Origin: an uncultured Acidobacteriota bacterium
Lineage (GTDB): Bacteria > Acidobacteriota > Vicinamibacteria > Vicinamibacterales > 2-12-FULL-66-21
Direction: 5' to 3'
DNA length: 64,000 nucleotides
Assembly (NCBI GenBank): GCA_963834305.1
Contig: CAWIAX010000003.1
Location: 1,024,661 to 1,088,660 of the forward strand
Shown here in pieces: positions 15,608-25,950 of the stretch (positions within the stretch are counted from its first letter, which is position 1; every line of letters starts with the position of its first letter). Position numbers and translations under genes: made by a program. The notes beneath the pieces are model-generated. The model had not been told where the DNA came from, did not search any database, and saw nothing but the letters and a program-made list of their open reading frames with translations.

Positions 15608-16230
15608 TCAGCGGCCGCCTCGATTCCATCCTGCAGCCGCTCGAGCGCGTACTCGAGCAGCGCTTCGACGCCGCCTGGATCGTGCAGTTGCCCGTCGATC
15701 GCGAGCATCGCCACGCCGTGCACGACGGCCCACACGAACCGGGCCACGATATCGGTGTCGTCGCCGCGCACGACGGCGTCGCGCTGCAGCGCGGCGAGCG
15801 CGTCCACGAGCGCCTGAAAGGCGCCGGCCGCCTCGGCGTCCAGCTCGGGGTCGGGCGCCGTCCGGTCCACGAAGCCCCCGAACATCACGCGGTAGTACGA
15901 CGGATTGGCAACGGCGAAGCGGACGTAGGCCACTCCCATCGCGTCGAACGCGGTGCGTCCGCGGCCTCCCGCCTCCCACGCAGTGATGAGCTGCTCACGC
16001 AGCGTGCGAAACCCCTCGGTGGCCACCGCGGCGAGCAGCGCGCGCTTGTCGGCGAAATGCCGGTAGAGCGCGGTGCGCGACACGCCCACCCGGGCGCCGA
16101 TTTCGCGCAGTGTCAGCGCCTCGACGCCATCCGCGTGGATGGTGGCGAGCGCCTCGTCGAGCAGCGCACGGCGGAGGTTGCCGTGATGGTAGGGGCGGTC
16201 CGGCGTGCGCCCGGCCGTCGATTTCGCCAT
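15608..16230 (-). CDS. TetR/AcrR family regulator (WHG-type C-domain)
   Basis: YHHGNLRRALL, LREIGARVGVSRTALYRHFADK, WAVVHG. ORF reads on to 15517, overlapping the SHOCT gene; true end probably near 15608. Confidence 0.92.
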
Positions 16231-16252
16231 GTCCCGCCATATTACCGGTCAG

Positions 16253-16302
16253 TGTTGACATCGTCAACATTGTGGAGTCATCATATGTTGACGTTGACAA
16301 CA
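16253..16302. promoter_or_regulatory. Two 17-bp TetR-type operators in the divergent promoter
   Basis: TGTTGAC-ATC-GTCAACA (16253-16269, perfect) and TGTTGAC-GTT-GACAACA (16286-16302); the first contains TTGACA. Confidence 0.8.
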
Positions 16303-16317
16303 TCGAAGGAGATCGTC

Positions 16318-17322
16318 ATGAATTCCGCCCCAACCCGCGCCGGATATCCACCCGCCCCCCGGGATCGAGCAGCCGGGCTGATCGCACAACTGTGGCGCGG
16401 CAGCCCGCCATTGACGATGGCGGGAGCGCTGATGGCGGTGGCGGCCGTCGCGGCTCTGGTCGGCATGCTGGTCGACCCGCGCGTGATCACCGGCGCCCCC
16501 GCGTGGCTCAAGCCATTCAAGTTCGCGGTGTCCACCGCTGTCTACAGCCTGACGCTCGCGTGGGTCTTCGGATGGCTCTCCGACTGGCCTCGCGTCCGCC
16601 GCGCCGTCGGCTGGACGACCGCGATCGTGTTCGTACTGGAGGTCGCCATCATCGCCGTCCAGGCGTGGCGAGGCACCATCAGCCATTTCAACGTGGCGAC
16701 GCCGCTCGATGCGGCGCTGTTCGCCATCATGGGTGTCGCCATCCTGATCCAGACGCTGGCAAGCGTGGCGGTCGCGGTCGCGCTGTGGCGGCAGCACTTC
16801 ACCGACCGCGCCCTCGGATGGGCCCTTCGTCTCGGCATGACCCTGACGATCGCCGGCGCGATGACCGGCCCGCTGATGACGCGGCCGACAGCGGCGCAGC
16901 TCGCGAATGCGCGCGCCGGAAGCCGGATGACGGTGGCCGGAGCCCACTCGGTCGGCGGTCCGGACGGCGGTCCCGGCCTCCCGGTCACGGGATGGAGCCG
17001 GGAGCACGGCGACATCCGCGTGCCGCATTTCATCGGCCTGCACGCGATCCAGGCGTTTGCCCTGGCTGCGCTCGGGCTGCGGCGCTGGCGCCGGCCCGCA
17101 GCCGTGCGCGTCAGGGGGGTGCTGGCCGTCGCGGTCAGCTACACCTCGCTGTTTCTCCTGCTGCTCCTGGAGGCGCTGCGAGGCCAGAGCGTGGCGGCGC
17201 CGGATGCGCCGGCCCTCGCGGCGATCGGCATCTGGGCCGTGATTACGGTGATGGTCCTGGCCTGGATCGGCGCAGGCGCGCGCAGTAGCTCCCGCGGCAG
17301 CAAGGAATGGATGGCCGTATGA
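16318..17322 (+). CDS. Multi-pass membrane protein of unknown function
   Basis: AAGGAG RBS; several TM helices; WLKPFKFAVS, SHFN, GWSREHGDIRVPHFIGLHAIQ. Confidence 0.8.
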   Translation: MNSAPTRAGYPPAPRDRAAGLIAQLWRGSPPLTMAGALMAVAAVAALVGMLVDPRVITGAPAWLKPFKFAVSTAVYSLTLAWVFGWLSDWPRVRRAVGWTTAIVFVLEVAIIAVQAWRGTISHFNVATPLDAALFAIMGVAILIQTLASVAVAVALWRQHFTDRALGWALRLGMTLTIAGAMTGPLMTRPTAAQLANARAGSRMTVAGAHSVGGPDGGPGLPVTGWSREHGDIRVPHFIGLHAIQAFALAALGLRRWRRPAAVRVRGVLAVAVSYTSLFLLLLLEALRGQSVAAPDAPALAAIGIWAVITVMVLAWIGAGARSSSRGSKEWMAV

Positions 17323-17762
17323 CCGCTGACCAGCTCTTCTCGATCCTGAACCTGCTGACCGCGGCCGCCTGGCTGCCGCTGCTGTTCCTGCCACGGGTGA
17401 GGTGGACCGCGACGGTCCTGCCCGTGGCGGTGCCGGCGCTGCTAGCGGTCATCTACATACTGGTCGTGGCGGCGAAGATGCCGGGGAGCGAGGGCGGGTT
17501 CTCGACCCTGGCGGACGTCGGGGTGCTGTTCGACGACCCCTGGATGCTGCTGGCCGGCTGGACGCACTACCTCGCTTTCGACCTGTTCATCGGCGGCTGG
17601 GAGGTGCGCGACGCGCGGGCCCGCGGTGTCCGGCACCTGTTCATCGTGCCGGCGCTGGTGCTGACGTTCTTCTTCGGGCCGGCTGGCCTGCTGGTGTATC
17701 TGGTGATCAGGCAGTTCGCGTCTTCATCGTCCGCCGCACCGCGTGCCGTCGCTGGAGAGTGA
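17319..17762 (+). CDS. ABA4-like (DUF4281) membrane protein
   Basis: AGWTHYLAFDLFIG and LTFFFGPAGLLVY signature; ATGA overlap with the previous gene. Confidence 0.88.
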   Translation: MTADQLFSILNLLTAAAWLPLLFLPRVRWTATVLPVAVPALLAVIYILVVAAKMPGSEGGFSTLADVGVLFDDPWMLLAGWTHYLAFDLFIGGWEVRDARARGVRHLFIVPALVLTFFFGPAGLLVYLVIRQFASSSSAAPRAVAGE

Positions 17763-17784
17763 CCGGGCGCCTGACAGTCCGCGG

Positions 17785-18762
17785 TTACCGGACGACGGGT
17801 TCAGCGCGCCTGGGCGGCGGTGCGGTGGACGGCGGTGCCGGCACGCCGTCAACGGTGCGTGGCTCCATCAGCTCGGTACGCGTGCCGTCCGGATCGAAGA
17901 AATTCGACTGCCGCTTGCGGTTGACCCCGGTGCGGATCTCGATCGCGCGCGTATAGCCAGCCGCGCTCTTTCGCGTTTCGAGCGCCGCCACGCTGCCTTC
18001 GATGTCGGGCACCTCCAGCGCGACGTGGTGGGCCGAGCCGCGCGCCGTGGGCTCGGGGGGCGCGGCATAGAGCATCAGCTCGATGTAGTCCTCGCCGTCC
18101 GGCACCTTGAGGTTCACCCAGCTGAGGACCTTGGGATCGCGCCCGCCGCGCCAGATCTCCGTGAAGCCGAGCACCTCGGTGTAGAACCGCATCACGGCGT
18201 CGTATTCGGTCACGATGATGCCGACGTGCATGATGCGATTCGAGATGCGGCCCGGCGGCAGGTGTCTGCCTTTTTCACGCACCGTCCACCCATCCGGCTC
18301 GTACTGCACGATTTCAACGGTGTGGCCCTCCGGATCGACGATGTTGAAGTTGGAGTTGCCGATGCGGCCCGTGCCGACCTTCTCCGGCACCTTGACGCCT
18401 TTCGCCGCCAGGTATTGCCGCATCCCTTCCGCATCGTCCGTTTCGATCGCGATGTGGTTGAGGCGGTCGGTGCCGGCCGCGCGTTCCGGGAAGAGCTCGA
18501 TGTACTGCCGCTCGTTGACCTTGAAGAAGGTCATGCTCGGGGAGCCGTCGGCGTTCTGGAGGGAGTATGGCTCCGCGAAACCAAGGAAGTCGCGGTAGAA
18601 GGCGCGCGATGCCTCGAAGTCCTTTGCGTAGACCGCGATGTGCGCGACGCCGGTGATCTTCGGGCGTGCGGGCTGCGCTTCCCGCGCCTCGCCAGCCGCG
18701 AGCGACCCGGACAGGACGAGGCAGGCCAGCGCGGCGGAGGGAAGGCGGAGCGTCATGTGCAC
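17785..18762 (-). CDS. Secreted two-domain VOC/glyoxalase family protein
   Basis: Signal peptide; ITGVAHIA..FYRDFLG, DPEGHTVEIVQ, HVGI..FYTEVLG, DPDGTRTELME. Confidence 0.88.
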   Translation of the reverse strand: MHMTLRLPSAALACLVLSGSLAAGEAREAQPARPKITGVAHIAVYAKDFEASRAFYRDFLGFAEPYSLQNADGSPSMTFFKVNERQYIELFPERAAGTDRLNHIAIETDDAEGMRQYLAAKGVKVPEKVGTGRIGNSNFNIVDPEGHTVEIVQYEPDGWTVREKGRHLPPGRISNRIMHVGIIVTEYDAVMRFYTEVLGFTEIWRGGRDPKVLSWVNLKVPDGEDYIELMLYAAPPEPTARGSAHHVALEVPDIEGSVAALETRKSAAGYTRAIEIRTGVNRKRQSNFFDPDGTRTELMEPRTVDGVPAPPSTAPPPRRAEPVVR

Positions 18763-18771
18763 CCTTATACC

Positions 18772-18867
18772 CTACTCCACCGCACCCACGCCTCGTCGAA
18801 CACCGCATGGTTGATCACCGTCCGGCCGTGCGAGGTGTAGACGATGTGGATGCGGCCATCGGCGGCC
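18772..18867 (-). repeat. Duplicated 3' end of the sialidase-like gene (copy 1, orphan fragment)
   Basis: 18781-18867 matches 23196-23282 at 86/87 nt; encodes AADGRIHIVYTSHGRTVINHAVFDEAWVR. Confidence 0.92.
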
Positions 18868-19334
18868 GACCTGCCGCCCAGACAGGGATGCAGGTCGCCG
18901 TGGAGCAGCACGTCGCCACGCCCTGGCGCCTCTCCGGCAGCGTCAACTGGTACCGGCACGCGATCGATCCGCTCGAGAGGGTCCTGCCCTTCCCGACGCG
19001 GCGGCCGTTCGCCCTGCCCGGTTCCACGGACGACACCCGGGACATCACGATGAACAACCGCTTCACCCTGCCTCGCGCGGTCGAGCTGCAGGCGAACTAC
19101 ATCAATTATGCCTCGCGGAATATCCCCCAGGGCGTGCAGCGGGCGCGCTCGTCGGTGGATCTGGCCGCGACGTGGCCGCTGGCGAGCGAGCGGGCCGAGC
19201 TCCAGTTCACGTTTACCGACATCTTCAACGACTTCGCGATCCAGCAGGAGATCGCCGGCCGGGGGGTCGACGCGCTGTACCAGAACTTCCTCGAGACCCA
19301 GGTCGCGACGCTGGCGCTGCGGCTCCGCTTCTGA
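18868..19334 (+). pseudogene. C-terminal remnant of an outer-membrane beta-barrel (TonB-receptor-like) gene
   Basis: Amphipathic strands, FTDIFN, terminal LALRLRF*; no start, begins abruptly at the repeat junction. Confidence 0.7.
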
Positions 19335-19423
19335 CCACGAGCCGGCGGCGCGCGCCCCCGCTTCCCCCCAGGCCCCGCTTGCGGATAAGCTGTCGCCCTC
19401 GCCACTCGAACAAGGAGGCTCGC

Positions 19424-20776
19424 ATGTCCGTTCCGTTCAGGCGGCTGGGCGCGCTGGCACTCGCCGTGGCGCTGTCGCTCGGGGCCGCGCCGATACGCCG
19501 CATCGAGTTCAGCGACACCAGGCTGAAGAACGGCCTGCGGGTCATCGTTGCCGAGGACCATTCGAGCCCGGTCGTCGCCGTGGCGGTGACCTACAACGTC
19601 GGGTCGCGTGACGAGCGCCGCGGCCGCACGGGCTTCGCCCATCTGTTCGAGCACATGATGTTCAAGGGCTCCGAGAATGTGGGCGCGCTCGAGCATCCCT
19701 ACCTGATCTTCACCAACGGCGGCTCGATGAACGGCACCACCAACAAGGAGCGGACGCTCTACTTCGAGATCGTGCCGTCGAACCAGCTCGAGCTCGCGCT
19801 GTATCTCGAGGCCGATCGGATGCGGTCGCTGGACATCACCACGGAGAACTTCGAGAACCAGCGGCAGGCGGTCAAGGAAGAGCGGCGGCTCGGCCGCGAC
19901 AACCAGCCCTACGGCCGCTCCGCCGAGCTCCTCGAGGACCTGGCCTACGAGAACTTCGCCTACGAACACTCGGTCATCGGCTCGATGGAGGATCTCGACG
20001 CCGCCACGCTCGCCGACGTCGCCGAGTTCTTCAAGACCTATTACGCCCCCAACAACGCCGTCCTCGGCATCGTCGGCGCCGTGGACACCAGCGGCACGCT
20101 CGCGCTGGTCCGCAAGTACTTCGAAGGGCTGCCGGCGCAGACGGCGCCGCCGGCGGTGGACACGGCGGAGCCGCCGCAGGCGTCCGAGCGGCGCGGCACC
20201 GTGGACGACCCGCTGGCCCGCCTGCCGCGCCTCGATATGGCGTTCAAGATTCCGTCGGGATCCTCCCCCGACACCGACGCAATCTCGGTGCTGGCGACCA
20301 TCCTCTCGGGCGGCCGCAGCTCCCGCTTCTACGAGGTGCTCGTCCGCCAGAAGCAGCTGGCGACGTCGGTCTTCGCCAACCCGGGCACCGCGCGCGGGAC
20401 CGGGCTGTTCACGGTGGTCGGCAATCCGCTCGAGGGGCGGGACGTCGCCGAGCTCGAGGCGGCCATCACCGCGGAGATCGAACGCGTCAAGACCGAGCCG
20501 ATCGCCGGGTGGGAGATGCAGAAGGCCCGGACGACGGCGCGGAGCGCGCTGGTTAACAGCCTGGGGAGCGCCCTCAATAGGGCGGTGCTGCTGTCGGAAT
20601 ACGCGTTGTTCTACGACAACCCGGACCGCATCAACACGCAGGCGGACCGGATCGACAAGGTGAGCGCCGACGACGTGCAGCGGGTGGCCCGGCAGTATCT
20701 CGTGGCGTCGAATCGAACGGTGGTCACTACGCTGCCGGTGAAAGCCAGGCCTGACGCGTCGAAAGGAGGAAAGTGA
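19424..20776 (+). CDS. M16 (pitrilysin/insulinase) metallopeptidase, catalytic subunit
   Basis: AAGGAGG RBS; signal peptide; GFAHLFEHMMFKGS (HxxEH); YYAPNNA. Confidence 0.93.
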   Translation: MSVPFRRLGALALAVALSLGAAPIRRIEFSDTRLKNGLRVIVAEDHSSPVVAVAVTYNVGSRDERRGRTGFAHLFEHMMFKGSENVGALEHPYLIFTNGGSMNGTTNKERTLYFEIVPSNQLELALYLEADRMRSLDITTENFENQRQAVKEERRLGRDNQPYGRSAELLEDLAYENFAYEHSVIGSMEDLDAATLADVAEFFKTYYAPNNAVLGIVGAVDTSGTLALVRKYFEGLPAQTAPPAVDTAEPPQASERRGTVDDPLARLPRLDMAFKIPSGSSPDTDAISVLATILSGGRSSRFYEVLVRQKQLATSVFANPGTARGTGLFTVVGNPLEGRDVAELEAAITAEIERVKTEPIAGWEMQKARTTARSALVNSLGSALNRAVLLSEYALFYDNPDRINTQADRIDKVSADDVQRVARQYLVASNRTVVTTLPVKARPDASKGGK

Positions 20777-22244
20777 TGACGGCCGCCGCTCCGACGCTTG
20801 TCTTCGTTACGGCCGTCCTGTTCGCCCAGGCGCCGCCACCCCCCGCGGGGCAGGGAGTGCCGCCGAGCGCGGGCCTGGTGAAAAAGAGTCGGGCGCCCGT
20901 CTCCAAAGACGTGCTGAAGGTCACCCTGCCGAGGCCGCAGGAGGCCGAGCTGGCCAGCGGCCTGCGCCTCATGGTGCTCGAAGACCGGCGCCTGCCCAGG
21001 GTGTCGTTCCAGATCGTGATCCCGGGCGCCGGCGGCTATTACGATCCGGTGGAAATGGTCGGTCTCAGCAGCTACACGGCGCAGATGATGCGCGAAGGCA
21101 CCACGAGCCGCACGTCGCAGCAGATCTCACAGGAGCTCGAGACGATGGCCGCGTCGCTGTTTGTCGGCGCCAGCACGTCCGGCCCGAGCGCGTCAGTGTC
21201 GGGCGGCTCACTCACGGAGCACTTCGACACGCTGTTCGGCATGGCGGCCGACGTGCTGCTCAACCCCTCGTTTCCCGAGGACGAGTGGAACCGTCTGAAG
21301 GCGCGGACGCGGACGCAGCTCACCCAGCAGCGCGCGCAGCCCGGGTTCCTCGCGGCGGAGCGTTTCTCGCGCCTGGTTTATGCCGACCACCCGGCCGGCC
21401 GCATCTCGGCCACTCCCGCCACGCTCGACGCGATCACCCGAGCGGCGATGGTCGGCGCGCATCGCGCGCGCTTCGTGCCGGATCACGCCGTCATCGCCTT
21501 CGCGGGCGATCTCTCGATGGCCGAGGCCAGGAAGCTCGTGGACGCCAGGCTGGGGTCGTGGAAGAAGGCCGGCACCGCCAAGCCGGCGGTCAGCGAGCCG
21601 GCGGCGGCCGGCGGCCCCAAAGTCCAGCTCGTCGTCCGGCCGAACTCCGTGCAGACGAACCTCACCGTCGGCACACAGTCCCTGGTCCGAAGCGACCCCG
21701 ACTTCGTGCCGCTCACCGTCGCCAACCGGATCCTGGGGGGGCCGATGGGGCGCCTGTTCCGCGACCTGCGCGAGCAGAAGGGCTACACCTACGGCGTCGG
21801 CAGCTCGTTCTCCGCGCTGTCGCACCGCGGCGCCTGGCAGGCGGGCACCAGCGTGCGCAACGAGGTCACCGGGCCGGCGCTCCGCGATCTGCTCGGGCAC
21901 CTGCGCCAGATGATCGAACAGCCCGTGGACCAGGCGGAGCTGGACGACGCCAGGCGGGGCATCACCGGCAGTTTTGCGCTCGCCCTCGAGAATCCGCAGC
22001 AGGTGCTCGGTTATTACCTCGAGATCTGGCAATACGGGCTGCCGAAGGATTACTGGGAGAAATATCCGGCGATGGTCAGCGCCGTTACCGCCGACCAGGT
22101 CCAGCGCGTGGCGAAGAAGTACTGGGATCCGGCGCGCCTCAACATCGTCGCGGTCGGGAACGCGGACGTGGAGGCGATCCTGAAGGCGAACGGGGCTGTC
22201 GAGCTGTTCGACGCGGAGGGGGGGCTCCTACGTCGTCCCGGTGA
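20773..22244 (+). CDS. M16 peptidase non-catalytic partner subunit
   Basis: No HxxEH; RLFRDLREQKGYTYG (R/Y pair). Read-through to 22959 probably caused by a G-run indel near 22220. Confidence 0.88.
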
Positions 22245-22842
22245 GCGTTTCCAGAATCAGGGGTTCCCGCGAGACCATCCAGTCCACGAAGGCGTCTCCG
22301 TATGCCCGCCGGGCCTGCGCGAGCACCGCCTCGTCGCGCGCGGCCACGTAGTAGAGGCGGCCCGGCTCGACGCGCAGCGGCGCCAGACCCTCCAGGACCG
22401 TGAGCACCGCGCGCAGCGCCAGGCCGTCGAGCGGCTGGCGCCGCTGCAGCGCCAGCATGGCCTCCCGCTGTGCCGCGAGCAGCTCGAGCAGCTCGGGATC
22501 CTCGGCGACCTTGTCAACCTCGTGCAAGCCGTATTTCCTGCCAACCCGCTCACTCATTTCTTTGGCCGCGAAGTAATGCCGAAGGCCCAACTCCTGCTGC
22601 TCGAGCATCGATTTGAGCTGCCGGACGAGCTGATCCTCCGTCACGGTTGCGCGCTCCTGGCCGTGGACGATCGCCTGCGGCTGGCCGGCGGCGGCCGGCG
22701 GCGCCTGGCTGGAAGCGGATGCAGCCGGCTGGCGAGGGCTGTCGCCGCACGCCGCGGCGGTCGCCAGCAGGACGGCCGCCAGAAACGCCGGGAATCGACG
22801 CGTCCGGCTGAACGATCCGTCGCCGGCGGTATTGCGGTTCAA
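22228..22842 (-). CDS. Hypothetical lipoprotein (start uncertain)
   Basis: RRFPAFLAAVLLATAAAC lipobox followed by a helical domain. Confidence 0.55.
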   Translation of the reverse strand: MNRNTAGDGSFSRTRRFPAFLAAVLLATAAACGDSPRQPAASASSQAPPAAAGQPQAIVHGQERATVTEDQLVRQLKSMLEQQELGLRHYFAAKEMSERVGRKYGLHEVDKVAEDPELLELLAAQREAMLALQRRQPLDGLALRAVLTVLEGLAPLRVEPGRLYYVAARDEAVLAQARRAYGDAFVDWMVSREPLILETLTGTT

Positions 22843-23185
22843 CGTGTAACCGCTGCTGGTCAGGCTGCCCTTCACGTCCGCCGCGAGCTGATTGCGTCGG
22901 CGACCCGCGAGATGTCCGTGCCCTTTCCCTGCGACCAGCTCTCGAGAAACCGGAGGTAACGGGGCTCGTCCCCGAGGGGCCCGCGCCTGTTGCGGAGTGC
23001 CGGATTGGCGGCCACGATCCACGCCACACGACGATGAACTCGGGGGGGCCTGTGGGTCATCGATTGAATATGGCCTGACTCATTCGGTGTGGAGTGGACG
23101 CTCGCAAACGCTGCGGGTCACGGTCCGGTGCACTCGAACTCGGTGCCGCTGGCTTCACGATGTTAGCCGCCTTGCTTCCGTGCGG

Positions 23186-23282
23186 CTACTGCCCTCGCAC
23201 CCACGCCTCGTCGAACACCGCATGGTTGATCACCGTCCGGCCGTGCGACGTGTAGACGATGTGGATGCGGCCATCGGCGGCC
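23186..23282 (-). repeat. Duplicated 3' end (copy 2, part of the intact gene)
   Basis: Matches 18772-18867. Confidence 0.92.
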
Positions 23283-24257
23283 TGGAAGCCGATCGGGTAG
23301 GCGTAGCTGTTGTCCCCCTCGGCGAGCGCGCGGCGGTGCGGATACGTCTTGTCGCCGTCGGTTGACAGCGCCGCCATCAGCGGCGTCCGCTTCCACATGT
23401 GGTCGTTGTAGACCAGCAGCAGCGCCCCCGATTGCAGCCGGAGGAACTCGACGGCGGAGTTCGGGTTGGGGAACGCCGAATCGCGCCCCTCGGTCCAGGT
23501 GCGGCCGCCGTCGCGCGACTCGGCCCGTATCAGCCAGCCCTCCTTGGTCGGCGCGTAGTTGCCGCCGCGCCGCGCGTACGCGATCAGGTGGCCGGGGGCG
23601 ACCTCGACGACTGCCGGCTGGATGTTGCCGCGGGGCGAACGGATGTCGCCGAGCGTCTCCCACTGCTCCTTTGCCGGGTCGAAGCGCATGAAGCGCGACA
23701 CGCTGGCCGGCCCGACGCTCTCGGTGTCGGCGCCGTCCTCGAAGTACACCGGCAGCAGATAGCTGCCGTCGCGCAGCACGATGGGCCGGTTGCGCACCAT
23801 CATGCCGGCCTCGAGCGCGAGCGGAAAGGCGTCCGACCAGGTGTGCGCGCCGTCGCGCGACACCTTCGCCTGGATGCGCGACGTGCCCCAGGTGTCGCCG
23901 AACCGCACCACGTAGAACAGCCACACCAGCCCGTCGGGCGCCTGCCAGACGACGCCGTTGCCCACCGAGCGGAACGGGTCGCGCGCCAGCGCCACCGGCG
24001 CCGTCCATGCCGTCTGGCCCTTGACGAGGCGGGCGCCGAAGACGGTGGTGTCCTTGGCGTATTCCCCCTTGCCGCCGTAGTCGCACGAGATAGAGGTCGC
24101 CGTTGGCCAGCTCGGTGATCGAGGCGGGGTGCTTGTAGGGGCCGGTCTCGGTTTCCGGGCCGAAGACCCGGGTCGTGACCAGGCCGGCGGCGCCGGCGTT
24201 CCCGGTGCAGAGGAGGGCGGCCAACAGGGCGGTGGCGGTAATCAGGCAGTGTCGCAT
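23186..24257 (-). CDS. BNR/Asp-box exo-alpha-sialidase-like protein, frameshifted near 24000-24090
   Basis: Signal peptide; HPASITELANGDL; Asp-boxes SRDGAHTW, SRDGGRTW, STDGDKTY; YAYP. Confidence 0.88.
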
Positions 24258-24307
24258 CAAGGGTGCTCCCGTTGTTCTACAATGGCGGCGGCCGTTTCAT
24301 TTTCGAC

Positions 24308-25123
24308 ATGCCCCGTTCAACTGCCGCCGCGCTTCCGACGCCCGCGCCTCGCGCCCGCGACGACAAGTACTACTCGAAAGTCATCGGCCGCGCACTCGAG
24401 ATCCTCGCGGTGCTGCGCACGAGCGGCAGCCCCCTCGGGCTGGCCGATGTCGCCGGGCGCGTCCGGCTCGCCAAGAGCTCGGTCTTCCGGCTGCTGCATA
24501 CCCTCGAAGTCTCCGGCTATATCGAGCGCACCGCCGACGGCGCCTTCCGCCTGGCGCCGGACCTCCGCGTCTGGGGCGATGGCCGGCGGGTCACCGACCT
24601 CATCGACGCCGCGATGCCGAACATGCGGCGCCTGAGCCGCGAGTTCGGCGAGACCGTCACGCTGGCCATGCACTTCGACAACCGCATCGAAGTGGTCGCC
24701 ACACTCGACAGCCCGCAGCTGATCCGGATGGCCAACACCGTAGGCCGCATCCTGCCGCCCCACGCCTCGTCACTGGGCAAGGCCATCACGGCCTGGCAGT
24801 CCGACGAGGTCGCCGAACGCCTCCGTCGCAGCTACGGCAACCATCGCTTCACCGAGCACACCGTCGTGGACGAGGCCGCCCTCAAGCGCGAATACGAGCG
24901 GGTGCGCGCGCAGGGCTACTCGACCGACGCCGAGGAGAGCGTGCTCGAAGGCTGCTGCTTCGGCGCCCCCATCACCGACGACACCGGCGTCGTCGTCGCG
25001 GCCATCAGCCTGTCGCTGCCCAAGATGCGCCTGCGCGACAAGGCCATGGGCAAGCGCATCGTGTCGGCCGTCCGCGACGCCGCGGCGCAGACAGGCAAGG
25101 CGCTCGCATCGCCTCGGCGCTGA
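24308..25123 (+). CDS. IclR family transcriptional regulator
   Basis: RALEIL..LAKSSVFRLLHTL, ETVTLA, HASSLGKA, CFGAPI. Confidence 0.93.
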   Translation: MPRSTAAALPTPAPRARDDKYYSKVIGRALEILAVLRTSGSPLGLADVAGRVRLAKSSVFRLLHTLEVSGYIERTADGAFRLAPDLRVWGDGRRVTDLIDAAMPNMRRLSREFGETVTLAMHFDNRIEVVATLDSPQLIRMANTVGRILPPHASSLGKAITAWQSDEVAERLRRSYGNHRFTEHTVVDEAALKREYERVRAQGYSTDAEESVLEGCCFGAPITDDTGVVVAAISLSLPKMRLRDKAMGKRIVSAVRDAAAQTGKALASPRR

Positions 25124-25157
25124 AGCGGGCCGGAAGGCGTCCCTGCCGGCGCGTCCT

Positions 25158-25844
25158 TCAGTGCGTCAGCTTCCACTGCTTCAGCTTCGCCACCGAAAAT
25201 CCGGGCGCACGGATCAGGTCGAGCAGGGCCCTCTCCTGGGCGCGGACCGCATCGCACGCCGCCACCACCTCGGCCGCGACGCCGTGCGGCACCGCGACCA
25301 GGCCGTTGACGTCGCCGTGCAGGAGGTCGCCCGGCGCGATGGTCAGGCCGTGAATCGTCACCTCCACCCCGATGTCGAGGATCACCGGCTGGCCGTGCGA
25401 CACGACGAAGCCCGGGCAGAAGTCCTGGAACCCGCCAAGCGCCTCCACTTCGCGGACGTCGCGCAACCCGCCATCCGACACGCAACCCACGGCGCCAAGC
25501 GCCCTGGCGGTGGTGGCCATGATTTCGCCCATGTGACAGCCGCGGCGCGGGTCCGGGCCGACGTCCTTGATGACCAGCACCGCCGGCTTGGGCGCGGCCT
25601 CGATGGCTTCCCACAGGCCGATCAGCCCGGCGCCGTCGGCGCGGCCTTCCGTGGTGCTGTCGGCGGTGCAGGTCACCGCGTAGCCCACCATCGAGCCGAG
25701 ATCCGGGAACGCGCAGCGCAGGTCGCGGTCGGCATAGCCAACTGTCCGCGGCCGCACGCCGAAGCGCTCGATCGCGTTGGCGATGGTGGGGCTGTCGATG
25801 GCGGCGAGGGCGGCAATCTGCGCGGGAGTGAGGACGGGGGGCAT
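25158..25844 (-). CDS. RraA/HMG-CHA aldolase family protein
   Basis: DSPTIANAIE, VGYAVT, MGEIMA, DGGLRD, PGDLLHGDVNG. Confidence 0.9.
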   Translation of the reverse strand: MPPVLTPAQIAALAAIDSPTIANAIERFGVRPRTVGYADRDLRCAFPDLGSMVGYAVTCTADSTTEGRADGAGLIGLWEAIEAAPKPAVLVIKDVGPDPRRGCHMGEIMATTARALGAVGCVSDGGLRDVREVEALGGFQDFCPGFVVSHGQPVILDIGVEVTIHGLTIAPGDLLHGDVNGLVAVPHGVAAEVVAACDAVRAQERALLDLIRAPGFSVAKLKQWKLTH

Positions 25845-25852
25845 GTCGGTCT

Positions 25853-25900
25853 GGCATTTATAAAACAACTGATGTAGAAATGAAACCGCTTTCAAAACAA
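25853..25900. promoter_or_regulatory. AT-rich divergent promoter with palindrome TGAAA-CCGC-TTTCA
   Basis: Palindrome at 25881-25894; shares sub-motifs with 24272-24307. Confidence 0.55.
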
Positions 25901-25950
25901 TCGCGCCACTGGCCGCCGTGCGTGGCGGCCCACTGTTTCCGGAGGATGCA

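Noticed and set aside
22245..22959. Apparent C-terminal extension of the M16 partner subunit
   Set aside because: Begins at a G homopolymer and is antisense to a plausible lipoprotein gene; likely indel read-through.
23140..23170. GTTAGCC resembling an integron attC core end
   Set aside because: No matching inverse core or complementary arm found, and no integrase or cassette array.
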